Assembly: GCF_038025025.1 (NCBI RefSeq)
Contig: NW_027117340.1
Coordinates: 2,480,001 to 2,525,330 of the forward strand
DNA: 45,330 bases
Source of the DNA: Phyllosticta citribraziliensis
Taxonomy: Eukaryota
Reading direction: 5' to 3'
Under the pieces are notes generated by a model. The model did no database searches and was not told the origin of the DNA. It saw only the letters and a list, made by a program, of their open reading frames with translations. Within the stretch, counting starts at the first letter, position 1; every line of letters starts with the position of its first letter. The translations under genes were made by a program, and so were the position numbers. Below are positions 23,801 through 36,200 of this stretch, one piece after another.

Positions 23801-26800
23801 ATTAATATATATAAAAGTAAAATCCTAGCAGCCTATATAGTATAGGATATTATTAAATTAGTACTAGATATATAGTATACTATTATAGAATCCTATAAGA
23901 GCTACTACTAGGGTTTCCTAGCTATAGTAACTCTAGATTATTATATAGTACTAGTAGGCTTACTTAACTAATTATTAATAGAAGAAAGATTACCTATTAA
24001 TAAATAAGGCATATAGATATCCTTATAGATAACTTACTAAGTCCTAGATAGTTTTTAAGGCATACTTATTATAGCACATTAGGGTATTTAAACCCTAGAT
24101 ATCTATAACTCTATAACCCTTATACTTATACTAGACCTATAGGGGCCTATCTCCTAGTTAGAGAAGCTAGTAATACTTATCTTTCTAGATAATAAAGGCT
24201 AGCTAAGCAAATTCTATTAGCTTATCTATCTATAATATTTTAGGCGTTCCATCTACAGCAATCTAATTATATAGGTCTTTAAAGGTCTTATTCAGCACCT
24301 ACTTACCCTTATAGGATATACTATATACCTAAGTTAGTAGGAGGTATCCTAGCTTATCTTACTAGTTATCTACTAGGTTAATAGGTATCTAGTCTTCTTT
24401 AGGTATATTAACTATAGTATATTAGTCTATAAATAGTAGTAGATACTTCTTTAGGATCTTCTAAAAGGTATTAATATAATCTAGTAGGCTATAGATATAA
24501 ATACTATTATTAAGAGTAGTTTCTAATTCTAGTAGGATCCTATTATAGAATATACCTGCTATAGAGTAGTTAGATACCTAGTAGTAGCTATTAATTTCTA
24601 TAGCTACTAAGTATCTAAGCCTTACTTATTATAGGATTATGAGTAGCTTATCTATATTATTATAAGTAAAAAGCTAACTAAAATCTAAATTATATACTAT
24701 ATAATATAGGATACTGCCTTAAACCAGGAATAGAATCTAGCTAGTTTACTAATTAGGTTAAAATTTATATAGCTAGTTAGGGAGATCCTTACCTACTATT
24801 ATACTAATTAGCACTAATAAATATAGCTTAATAATTACCTGCTATATAGCCTTAATAACCCTGTATACTAGTATGGTATACTTCTATAGGACTACCTTAG
24901 TCTATAGGTTATAATAGAAAGGCTATATTACTATACTTTAGCTATTAATGAGGACCCCTTAAGGTTAGATAATATTTATACTAATAAGTAGTAGGATTAG
25001 TATATTATTAATTACCCTTATATAGTATTATACTATCCCTATAGCTTATGACCTATTAGGCAGCACCCCTAGTAAGTAGAGTGGTAAAAGGATATACTTG
25101 TTAGATACTATAGGCTTACCTACTACTCTATAGATAGTACCTACTATTAGTAAGGTCTAGATCTTAATATTAGGTAGTTTATTATATAGGAAGCTTCTTA
25201 TTACTAAGGATAAGGATACTCCTATATTTAAGTAAGCTATATTAAGGAATCCCTTAGGTATGAGCTAGAAACTTATTTCTATAGATTGGTATATAGGGAA
25301 ATAGGGAGGTGCCTAGATATCTACTATATTTACTAAAGAACTAATTATCTATAGATCCTATATACTTATAGTAAAGATGGTATTAAGTACTTATAGTATC
25401 TTATTAAGCTAATAATTATACTCCTTAGTTTTATTACCCTTAGACCTATTCTATACCCTAGTAGGATGGTCCTTTAAATGCGCGAATAGCTTATTATGTA
25501 ATATAAAATATATTAGATAGAACTGGTATCTGTATAGTAAGATTAGTTAAGTATTATCTAGGGTCTTATTACTGGTACTAGCTAATAGGCCTAATAGGGT
25601 AAGGTTAATAAAAAGTATAAAATCCTTATAATAGTAATAAGCTGTATCTTCCTCTATAGTATCCTTATCTACTAATGCCTTATTACCTTTATCTAGGCTG
25701 CTATCTAATATATCTCCTTTATCTTCTTTACTATTACTACTATCTAGGCTGCTAGTATAGTAATTAGGCTATACCTTAGCTAGGCCCTTACCCTTCTAGT
25801 TCTAGTATTAGGATTTTGAATTAGTAGTATTTCTAGTATACTAAGGTAGAGTAGGTAGGGCCTTTTTCTTAGGATATATAATCTACTTCTTAGCTATAGT
25901 ATTACTTATATAACCCTAGCCCCCTTAATAGGAGTTATTAGTATTATAGTAGGGATTTTATAAGAATCCTTACTAATTAGTATTATATATAAAAGGTTAC
26001 TTACTTACTTATAGATATACCTTATTATATAGCTCATACTATATATACTAGTATAACTTAATATCCTAGATAAATTCTTCTATAGTAGTATCTACTTATA
26101 GGTATAGGATAAGTATATAGTATTATACCTCTATCTTATTCTAAGCCTATATTAATTAGCTGCGCACCCTAGTAAGGCTAGATACCTTACTATACTAGAC
26201 ATAATCTAATATAAAATCTGCTATTAGAATATTATTATATATACTATATTTATTAAACTTTATTTTATCTAGCCACTTTATAGCTTTATAGACTAGTAGT
26301 CCCTACTATTCCTATAGCACTTATACCTAATTATTAATACTATCACCATCTAGGAGAGCATCCTAATAGGCCTTTATTAACTACTAGATATACTATTTAG
26401 TAGCTTATCCTTTAAGGCATCTTCCTAGGTTTTTATATATAACTTATACTAGAATATATTATAAGGATATATCTGTAGCTTTAATAAATTACTTAATATC
26501 CTAGTAGTAGGTCTAGGTTCCTTTAATTATAATATTACTAGGCTTAAATTTAGCTTCTAGGAGGTATAGGTTAAAGAATCTAACCTCCTTAGGGCTAAAC
26601 TTTAGTACTAGTAACTACTAATAAGAAGGAAACTACTAATCTAGATCTAGGGTAGTCTATAGACTAGTATTATATAGGTATTCTATAGCCTTCCTTTTAT
26701 AATCTATATACTAGATTATAGCTCTCAGGCTATCCTAATTAGCTTAGGCTTTATAGGTAGTATTATATTAGGTTTACTAGTAACTCTCTAGGGATTTAAA

Positions 26801-27056
26801 TAATTTACCTAATTATATATTAATTTTACTTATACTAGTATTAATTATAGTAAGCCTTATTCCCTACTAACCTAGTAGCTTAGATTAGTTACCTAACTAT
26901 ATATTAAGGTCAGTAATAGCTACATCCTAAGCACTAAGATTAGTTTTAAGGTACTAGGCTTAGGCCCCTATAAAAGATAGTAGGTCCTCTATATTACCTT
27001 ATCTACTACCTCTAGATCCTAATCCTTTACTAGATCTACTAGCCCCAGATATCATA
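20880..27056 (-). pseudogene. pol: Element B gag-pol relic
   Basis: De-RIP: CLDTG ~25220-25236; FVYIDD ~23799-23816; LYIDIDASKE ~23287-23316; YWPTELE ~23012-23033; TVDFITGIP ~22194-22220; ISDRD ~22017-22031; AYHPQTDGQSER ~21911-21946; VGPF ~21502; chromodomain EYEI..YSVDW.G ~21150-21320. Ends approximate. Confidence 0.88.
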
Positions 27057-28427
27057 ACTCTCTAGTAGTATTAAGAACCTATACTTAATTAGCTTATAGG
27101 ATAGTATTTAGGTACTCTAGGGGGTAGGAGTATAGGAAGTAGCTTATATTAGTTATATTATAGTAACTAGGAAGGTTTTAGTAAGGGGAATTAAGTATCT
27201 AGGCAGTTAGTATCATACCAGATAATTATATTAAGGGATCTACTATATAAATCTAAAGAGAGGTTATTACTACTTATATTATAATAGTTAGGGAAATAAA
27301 AGGCTCCATAGTAACTAGGCTAGTAAAGGTTTAGATCTATAGAGTAGGATTTATAGCTTAACACATAAGAATAGTAGAAAAGATTAGAAGGTATATATAG
27401 AGAGGATAAAAGTCTATAGGATATATTAAGGGAGGATATATTAAATAGTCATTATTAGGCACAGCTAGGTATTAAAGGACTAGCTAATTCCTAGGCAGGT
27501 AATAGCAGGTATATTACACCTATATTAGGACCTAGGATCTAGTATAGTAACTACCATTATAGTTACTTAGTTACTATAGTACCTAGTTATTATATACTAT
27601 CTTCATAACTAGCAGATCTGTGCAGACTAAACCTATAGAGGGTAATTATACTATATTCCTTAATTATACTCTAGGAAGACCATTATACTAAAGGGGCTTA
27701 TAGTATTAAAGGGTAGATTAGAGTTAATATATATAGTATTATAATATATTAAGGAGTAGTAGGGGTTAAAGATATAGGTACTAGTATAGGTAGTACACTT
27801 ATAATACCAGCTATAAAATATATAGTATCCATAGATTAGCTTATTAGTACTAGTATCTAGCCTATAATCATCTAGGATTAGCTAGAAGAACTAAGTAGTA
27901 AGCCTATAATAATAGGTAGTAGGGTAGAGCCTTATAACTAAATCTTATAGGCTAGTATACTAATCCTAGCAACCTAAGTAGCATACTCATTAATAAACTC
28001 CTATATAGTATATAAGAGAGTCTATTAGCCTTTAATAGTAGAACTCTAAGTAATAGGGTATCTAGGAAGAGCCCTACTAGCCAGATTCCTTATACTAGCC
28101 TAGATCTTAGGAGGATTAAACTATTATATAAAGATAAAGATTAACTAATAGGTCAGGGCAAGGAGTAGATCCTAGAGGGACTATAGGCCAGTATCTAAGA
28201 GGTTCTATAATTACTAAGTAAGTAGTTAAAGTTTTATAGGTAGTTCTTATTACTCTATAGTTATTAAGGTAGACCAGGTTAGATTCTAGGTATAGGAGGA
28301 TCTTAATACACTATTAATATAGTAGAAGATATATTATATATTTAGATCTAAGTAGCTAGTATAGCAGTAGTAGAAGCAGTATAAAAAGGGGTTTTAACTT
28401 ATAGAATAACCCTTTTTAGCTACTATA

Positions 28428-28596
28428 TATAATAATCTAACCAGATATTTATAGTACTAATTTAGGTATAAGAGTTATCCCATTACTTAGGCTATCTATA
28501 TGGCTAAAGTACCTATCCCCTATAACTACTAAGCTTGCTAAGCTTACCCTTAGCATCTAATAGCCACACCAGATCCCTACAGGATCCACTGCTATA
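28428..28596 (-). repeat. Element B 5' LTR (169 bp)
   Basis: Direct repeat of 17572-17740, upstream of gag on the minus strand. Confidence 0.93.
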
Positions 28597-28601
28597 GTAG
28601 G

Positions 28602-30375
28602 TAACCTGCTTATTATTACTTAGTCCCTTAGTACTTATATTATACTAAGGGGCTGTATATCCTCTATTAGTCCTTTTATAGTTTACCTAGCTATAGGGGT
28701 AACTTTAGTTAGTTATCTATCCCTAGCCTTACTAGGGGAAGGTTCCCTTACCTACTTTATAGTGTTATACTAGGTACTCCTAAGTTTAGTAATAGCTCTT
28801 AATTATTTTAATAAAGGACTATATAGTTATTTAGGGTATAGGCTCCTCTAGCTACTACTAGTAGAAAGGATCTATTTTAGTAAAGGTATTAGTAAGCTAA
28901 TTATAGATAGTCTAGAAGCTAGCTATATATCCTAAATAGATATAAGTAATTATAAAGTCCCTAGTACCCTTATTATATACCTCCTTAAGACTAAAACTAA
29001 TAGTATTTAAAGTATTAATTACTTTATACTAGGTTATACTAAAATCCTCCTAAAGTAAGGTAGCCTAGTATTTAATACTAGCCCTAGTATATATATAGGC
29101 ACAGTCCTCCTCTATAATTTATAAAGTAAACTATATATTAGTAGTTCCTTTAAGATACTTCTATAGATTAAGTTATACTATCCTAGTACTAAATATTATA
29201 TAAGCTATCTAAGTACTATTAATAAATTATTCTATAGTATAGTAAACTACCTTCCTATATTTTATAGTACTACTACCCTAGCTAACCTTATCTTTACCTA
29301 GATTAGGGTTAAAGTAGCTAATATTATTAGGGTAGAAGTATAGGAAAGTATAAGAGTAGTTATAGTTATTATCTATATACTAAATAATTTATTAGTCTAC
29401 TACTAGTAGTAGAGACTACTTATATATTATACTATTAGGGAAATAGAACTAGAAGTATAATAGTAGTTATAGTTATATAAGGTTTAATAGTCCTCTATAA
29501 TTATAGGTTTTAAGAAAAGGAAAACTAGACTAGGCATAGTATTCCTAGTAGTACTATACCTTTATATCTAGGTAAAAGTAACCTATATTATCTTAGAGGT
29601 AGTAGGTATTATTTATAGTATTACTAGTAGATTTAAGACTAGCTAGGCACTTACTTAGTAAGCTATAGAGGGTATTAATACTATTATTTATACTCTTAAA
29701 GCTTTCTATTTATACCTATTACTAGTTAAGGATAAGCCCCTAGAGTCTAGTAATCTAGCTTATTAAAGTAGTATACTCTACTAGGCCTTATAGGATCTCC
29801 TCTATCTTATCTATAGTATTATAGTACTATCTTTCCTTACCCTAAGTATCTATTCTTTAGCTAGTAGGGCCTAGCCTAGCTATAAACCTCTAAATACTAG
29901 GGCTACTAATATTAAAGCCTATAGTAGGTATACCTTATATTAGTATAGGTAGTATAAAGGTTCCTATAATCTAAGCTAGTAGAGGTAGGAAGATTCCTAC
30001 TATAGAGACTATTAGTATAGTAGCCCTAGTAGAAAAGGGGGCCTATACCTACTCTATACTAGTACTATAGGTATTAAAAGTATAGGTATATAATTTTAGT
30101 AGAGGTACTATTATTCTAGATCTCTAGATACCTAAGAGATCTAAATAGTCCCCTTACTAGGTCTTATCACCTTTATCCCCTTAATAATTATTAAGACTAT
30201 TATTATAAGGGTTATTATACTACTTAGTATTATAATTAATATATAGGTTCTCCCTACTATAGGGTAATATCTCCTCTATATCCTTACTACTACTATACTA
30301 GGGGTTTAGTTTAACTATCTCTATTAAGGAGGTATAATATCCTTTACCTTTATTAATAGGGACCTATAAAGCTAT
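28602..30375 (-). pseudogene. Uncharacterised low-complexity ORF relic (continues at 17566 down to ~17310), putative extra ORF of element C
   Basis: Minus-strand frame from ata-gct-tta-tag-gtc (probable ATG) with an acidic N-terminus; the frame reads through the element B TSD; at least one frame change/intron near 29150. Confidence 0.4.
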
Positions 30376-30983
30376 AATTAAACTAGTATATAAATATATA
30401 CTCTCCTATCTATAAGTACTAACTAAGGTTTAGCTAACTTAACTTAAGGGCTAGGCTCTTAATTAAAAGTATAGGAGTAGTTTTATAAAACTAGGGGAAC
30501 TATAACTATATCCTTATAGTATTTAGGGTAGAGTAGTCTTAGTTAAATTATTAGGTTAAGCTAGAATATTAAGTTATAAGGTATACTCTATATAAGGTTT
30601 ATAGGTAGGAGAGTTAAATATAAGAGTTAAGGGGTATCCTTAAAGAGTAGTAATAGGAGTATAGGCTAATAAGGATAATAGGTTAGCTAAGTATATAGTT
30701 AGAGTAGCTTAACTAATTAGGTAGGTACTACCTAAGGGATAATTATCTAATTATCCTAATATCTAGCCTAAGGTTACTAGGTTAGTTATTAAAGGTCTTA
30801 TAGGTAGTAACCTTTAAGATATTACTAGGGTACTTCCCCTTCCTACTTTAGAGATACCTACCATTCCTAGGGCCTCATTTATTTATTATAGGCCTAAGCC
30901 AGGGGTTATTAGGTAGTCTAGGAGTATTTATATAAAGGAACTAAAGCTTCTAGGTTCTAGTATAGTAGTACTTACTAGGTTAT

Positions 30984-31406
30984 TATTACGACTCGCAGAT
31001 TTCTCGTTATGTAGGTAAGGGCTAAAGGTAAACTACTAGAGAATATATATATATCTTAATTAAATCTAATAAGTTAAAAGAATAAAATATAAAAGATACT
31101 TACTACCTATATATTTCCTAGTCCTTCCTTTATACTATTCTACCTCTTATCCTTTATATAAGGGTCCTTAGTTATTATTAGGTGAGTTATAAAGGTAAGG
31201 TATTAATAGGCTATTATGTGGTATCTACCTAGGGCCGTAGTAGCTAGTACCAGGCTGTAGTAGCTAGTGCCAGCCTGCAGGTTTTAGCCTAAGCTGCGGC
31301 AGGCTGCTACCTAAGGTGAGGCTTATACTTCTTATAACTACGTAATACTAGGTTTATCTATACTAGCCCTGGTACTTATATAGGTATATATACGCCTATT
31401 ATAACA
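30984..31406 (-). repeat. A3 3' LTR (423 bp)
   Basis: Reverse complement of the A1 LTR; single copy of the 45-bp unit. Confidence 0.95.
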
Positions 31407-31959
31407 TGCCCCCCCTAAAGAGAAGCTAAAATTGTAGGAATTAGCAGCTATAGGTGCTTATATAGGTACAGACTTATAATATATAATAGTGGTGATTTGG
31501 TGATTTAAGCGTTCTATATAGTTATAAAGTATAATTATTAGTCTAGGTCCCTACTATACTATCTCTTTCTATTACTATCTCTTTTGCCGCGCGACCTATA
31601 GAAGGTTACTATCTTACTTAGCTATATCTAAAGCTCCCTATTAAAGTATATTATTACCCTAGTCTAATTTAGCCATAATCTAGTAAACTAACTATCGCGC
31701 GTAAAGGTTCTAATAATTTAAATAATTTATACCCTACTAATAGTAAAGCAGATATTCCTAGCTGCTATGTACTTAATACGTCCGCTACTTATTATAGTCT
31801 AGTCTATTAGGACTTATTACTATTATATAAGAGTTATAGTATTAAGTTATTATTATATAGTATTATTTACAATCTATTACAGTCACTGCTTACTTAGAGA
31901 GCTATTTTAGCTAGCAGTATCTATAAGGACCATTATATAGAGTTCTAAGATAAGTAAAC

Positions 31960-33200
31960 TTTAATTCTATCTCTTTAGACCATTACTAATTATTATCTAG
32001 GCTATTAAGTAGTATTATATATCTAGGTTTTACTACTTCATCATCCCGTCTTACTAACCGATATAATTATAGAGGAGGATACTTATATAAAGACTCAGTT
32101 AGGCTAGGCTTTACTTATTTAGCTAGGAATAGCTACAGGCTTATTACTTTACCTATAGTATACTATAGCGTCAGGTTCTACTTAATTAGCATTATTAGTT
32201 ATCGCATGAGGTTCATCATCTACAGCTATACAGCCTGCTACTAACCAGCCTATTATGCTATATTACTGCCAGTTTACTGTCGCGCAGCCTATTTTAGAGG
32301 AAGAAGGTAAAGAGCCTACTTATATATACTATTATTATAATCCTACAGCTCATCAGGTTCTAGCAGCTAAGTACTTACTACCTACTACTTTATATAATAG
32401 CAGTAATAGTAAGATTCGCATTATAGCATTACCAGTTAGCTCTAATAAGGCGCCTATTAAGTAGGACTTTAAGTTAACACTTTATATCCCTTATAAGAAT
32501 ATAGAGAGTATCGTATAAGTAAGTTTATCTTACTAATATAAGGGATTCTTATCTAACTAACTATATAGGTGCGCCTTAGTAGTTCTAAAGTATAAGAGCG
32601 CGCTAAGCGCATCTTAGCCTTAGGTAATAGCATACCTTACTTATATATTATAGTTTCCACTTAGCAATTTAACTACTTATTAGTTAAAACTTAAGCCAGC
32701 TTGCGCAATACTTTTCTTATCTAGTACACTAGAATTAATAACCCTATTAGCTGCACTAAGTATTATAACAATACTAACACTTATATATTTATTAGTTATT
32801 ACTACCTGCCTGGTTTCTTATAGGGCCGCTGCGCCAACTACCTTTAGGGTATAGGCAACCTTAACTATACTATAAGTAACTTAAAGGGTGCCAAGCCGCC
32901 TGCTTATTATAAGAGGTATAAAGATGAAATTTACATAGAGGAGTTCTAGAACTTATACTACCAAGCCAGGTTAGAGGATTAAACTAATCAGGCTTTAGCT
33001 AAGTAGGACATCCTGCCTAATAAGCTAGAGGATCTAGAGGAGATGGTCTTATATAATAACTATTATAATAAGAAGAAGGGAAAAGGAAAGAAGTAAAGGG
33101 TAGAAATTAAAGAAGAGGATAGTAGGGAATAAGTAGTAAAAAGGAGAGACTAGAGAGTAGAAGTTAAGATTAATAGTATTTATATAAGGGTAAATAGTAA
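31960..33200 (+). pseudogene. A3 antisense accessory ORF relic with six-Cys cluster (DUF3716-like)
   Basis: 32686-32870 includes ctg cct ggt ttc tta tag ggc cgc tgc gcc aac (LPGF.WGRCAN); track ORF 32255-32464 probably belongs to an upstream exon in another frame; limits uncertain. Confidence 0.6.
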
Positions 33201-33205
33201 ACTAA

Positions 33206-36200
33206 TTAGTCTACTTTCTATATCTTTATAATATTTACTATAGGCCTAAGTAACTTATTTTATTATTACTTTCTCTTTCAATCTAGGGTTCTTCTTAAAG
33301 GAAGGCAGTTTTCTATTTTTCTAGATTTTTTAGTAGTCCTACTATAGTAGGGTATAATAAATAGAATTCTTTAATTTTCTATAGTGTGCTACTAAAAGAA
33401 CTTATATTATACTACTAGTTATCTTAGTTATATCTAGTCTATTTAACTTGGTATTAAAGCTTCCTATATAAGACTTAACTAGCTTAAATATAGTCTACTT
33501 CCCACTTAGGCTCGTCTTAAATAATCTTAGGTTTAGGTTTAGTATATTCCTAACTAGGAAGCTGTTCTATTTTAGCCTTATATAGCCTATTAGTATAGAA
33601 AAGGTTAACCATCTTTATATATAAGGAAAGATTAAGGATGTAGGAGGGTCCTTCTATTCCTATAATCTTAAAAGGTCTAGTATTAGGAAAGTCTAATTTA
33701 AGGTTTAGCTAATTAGTAGACCATCCTATTTTCTTAATATAGATATAATCTCTAACTATAAAGTCTAGCGCGCGACGGTATTTATTAGCTTGTTAGTATA
33801 TATACTCTTAGGATTTAAGAATAAGATTCTTTATAAATTTAAAAGCTTCTTATCTTCTCTTTTATAGCATTTATACTACTATGTGAGCTATTTTCTCTAG
33901 TTACTAGGGGGTTTTAGTTCTTTATTACTAGTTATAGTATAATTAAGGGGAATATCCTAACTCAATCTTAAAAGGTAAAAGTCTAGTAGCTTTATAGGGA
34001 AGTGTTACTTGTATAAGGTCTATTAATAGTAGAAGATCAGACTAATCATTCTAAAAGTAATTAATAAAAGGTCTTAATCTTTATATAAGATGCTAATTAA
34101 CAATCTCTATAATACTATTAGTCTAAGAGTAGTAGGATAAGTTAAAATACTACTCTATACTAGTCAGCTTATATAGTTTATTTATAAATACTAAGATGAA
34201 CTAAGGGCCTTAGTTAGATAGGATAGACTTAGGGTTTCTATAAATATAGTAGATATATTTATAAAAGAGTCTAGAGACTCCTTTAGTATTAATCTTCTTT
34301 ATATAAGGCAAGCTGAAGGTTCTTTAACTTAACTAGTCTATAATAACTAGGATTGCATTATAGCCTTTTTAGTCTTTAGGCATCTCTTTAAAATCTATAG
34401 CTAAGTGTTACTAGGGTTAAGTAGGAATCTCTAGGGGTTATAGAAGGCCTAGGTCTTTATTATAAAACTCTTTTATTTAGTAGTAAATATGGCATCCTTG
34501 CCTGTAAATATTAATCATATAATTTATAGCTAGCTAGTAGTAATATTACTTAAGGAGTTTTTACATCTTTATAATACTAGGATAGGTAGTTATATAGGTA
34601 GTATATAAAGTATTAAGCATTCTCGCGCGGAGGTTATTATAATCTAGTATAAAGAGTATACTATATTATAGTAAAAGACTATCCTTTAGTTCCTAACTAT
34701 TTCTTTATTTAAGGTCCTTTAAGAGGGCTTTCTATTTCTAGAGTTCTAATTTAGAATCTTCCTAGTTTACATAGAGGAGTTTATCTAAAAATAACACTAG
34801 AGGAGGAAGTTCTTATTCTAAAATAGAAAGAGGGATAATAGTCTCTAGTAGGATAAGATATATCTCTTATATAGCTTTTACTTTTTCTTTCTAAGTCTTT
34901 AGGTCTTCTTATTTTTAAGTAAGGTAATTAGCAATGATATTTTCCTTTCCTAGCTAATAGGAGAATCATATATAGAACTCTATAAAAAACTTAGACTATC
35001 TAGCTTATTATTAATTAAGTTGTCATTTAGTAGAGTAGTACTCTAATACCTAATAGTCTATTATTACAAGAAAAGGTTTTTTAAGGCTAATAAGCATTAG
35101 TCTCTATTCTTCTAGTCTATTCTTAATAGCTAGCAGTTCTTTATTAGATATTCTATAATGAAGTTCTATATCTACTATTACCTTAGAGTAGAAGGCTACT
35201 AGTTTCTAATTATATAAAGGTTATTAGAGCTGCATTAAAACGCCTATAGTAACTCTATTACTTATATCAGTCTCTATATAAGTATTAAGAGTAGGGTTAT
35301 AGTTAGCTAGAAGTGTATTACTATATATTAGCTTCTTAAGTTATTAAATTGCCTCCTCTTCTAGGGGTCCTAGTAGTCGCCATTTTGCCTTAGAGTATAG
35401 TTTCTCTAATAGCTAGCTAATTTATCTATAGTTAGGGAGAAATTGTTAGTAGAAATTATAGAAACCTAGGAAGGATTAAAGAGCTTTAAGGGTTTTTAGT
35501 ATTAGCTAGTTTTATATAGGTTCTACTTTATCTAGGTCTATCTAAATGCCTTCTATAGAAATGATATATCTAAGGAACTTTATATAAGTAACTAAAAACT
35601 TACTCTTCTTTAAATCTACCTATAGTCCTGCTTTTTATAGTCTTACTAGTACTTTTTTTACTTATTCCTCGTGCTCCGTAGGGTCTTTAGAGATAATAAG
35701 CATGTTATCTATAAAAGCCACAATAAAATCGTCTAAATACTTAAAGAGAACCTAGTTGATAAAATATTAAAAGGCTGTAGGTCTATTACTTAATCTAAAT
35801 AGTAAGACATAGTATTTAAATAAGCTGTATCTTATATAGAAGGTAGTCTTGTCTTTAGAATCCTTAGTAAGATAAATGTAGTAGAAAGCTTGTTAAATAT
35901 TAAGCTTAGTATAAATTTTGCCCTTTCTAATATACTAAAGCAACTCTATAATAAGAGGAAGGGGGTGCGAATCCTTAGCAGTTTATTTATTAAGCTATTA
36001 GTAGTCTATATAAAATCTCCATCCCCTACTAGGCTTTTTTACTACTAGAATAGGAGAAGTGTAGGCAGTAAAGCTTTTAGTAATAAAGCCTTTCTAAATA
36101 TTCTTAATGATATACTCTTTTGCAGCCTTAAGCTATTCTAGAGATATTCTATAGAGAGGGCTAGGTAGAAGCTCTAGTAGACTATTATATATAAGAGATA

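Larger units (their letters stand above)
17572..28596 (-). mobile_element. Ty3/Gypsy LTR retrotransposon family B (11025 bp, chromodomain, extra ORFs; RIP-inactivated)
   Basis: 169-bp direct repeats 17572-17740 and 28428-28596; perfect TSD GTAGG (17567-17571 / 28597-28601); minus-strand PR-RT-RH-IN motifs. Confidence 0.93.

Noticed and set aside
30833..30845. Minus-strand purine run (AGGAAGGGGAAG) as PPT of element C
   Set aside because: The adjacent sequence does not match the C LTR at 43334-43544.
31406..31440. ATG CCC CCC at the LTR/PPT boundary as start of the antisense ORF (in frame with 32255)
   Set aside because: The ATG is forced by the LTR end and PPT; a 1-in-3 frame coincidence; the intervening frame cannot be validated through RIP.
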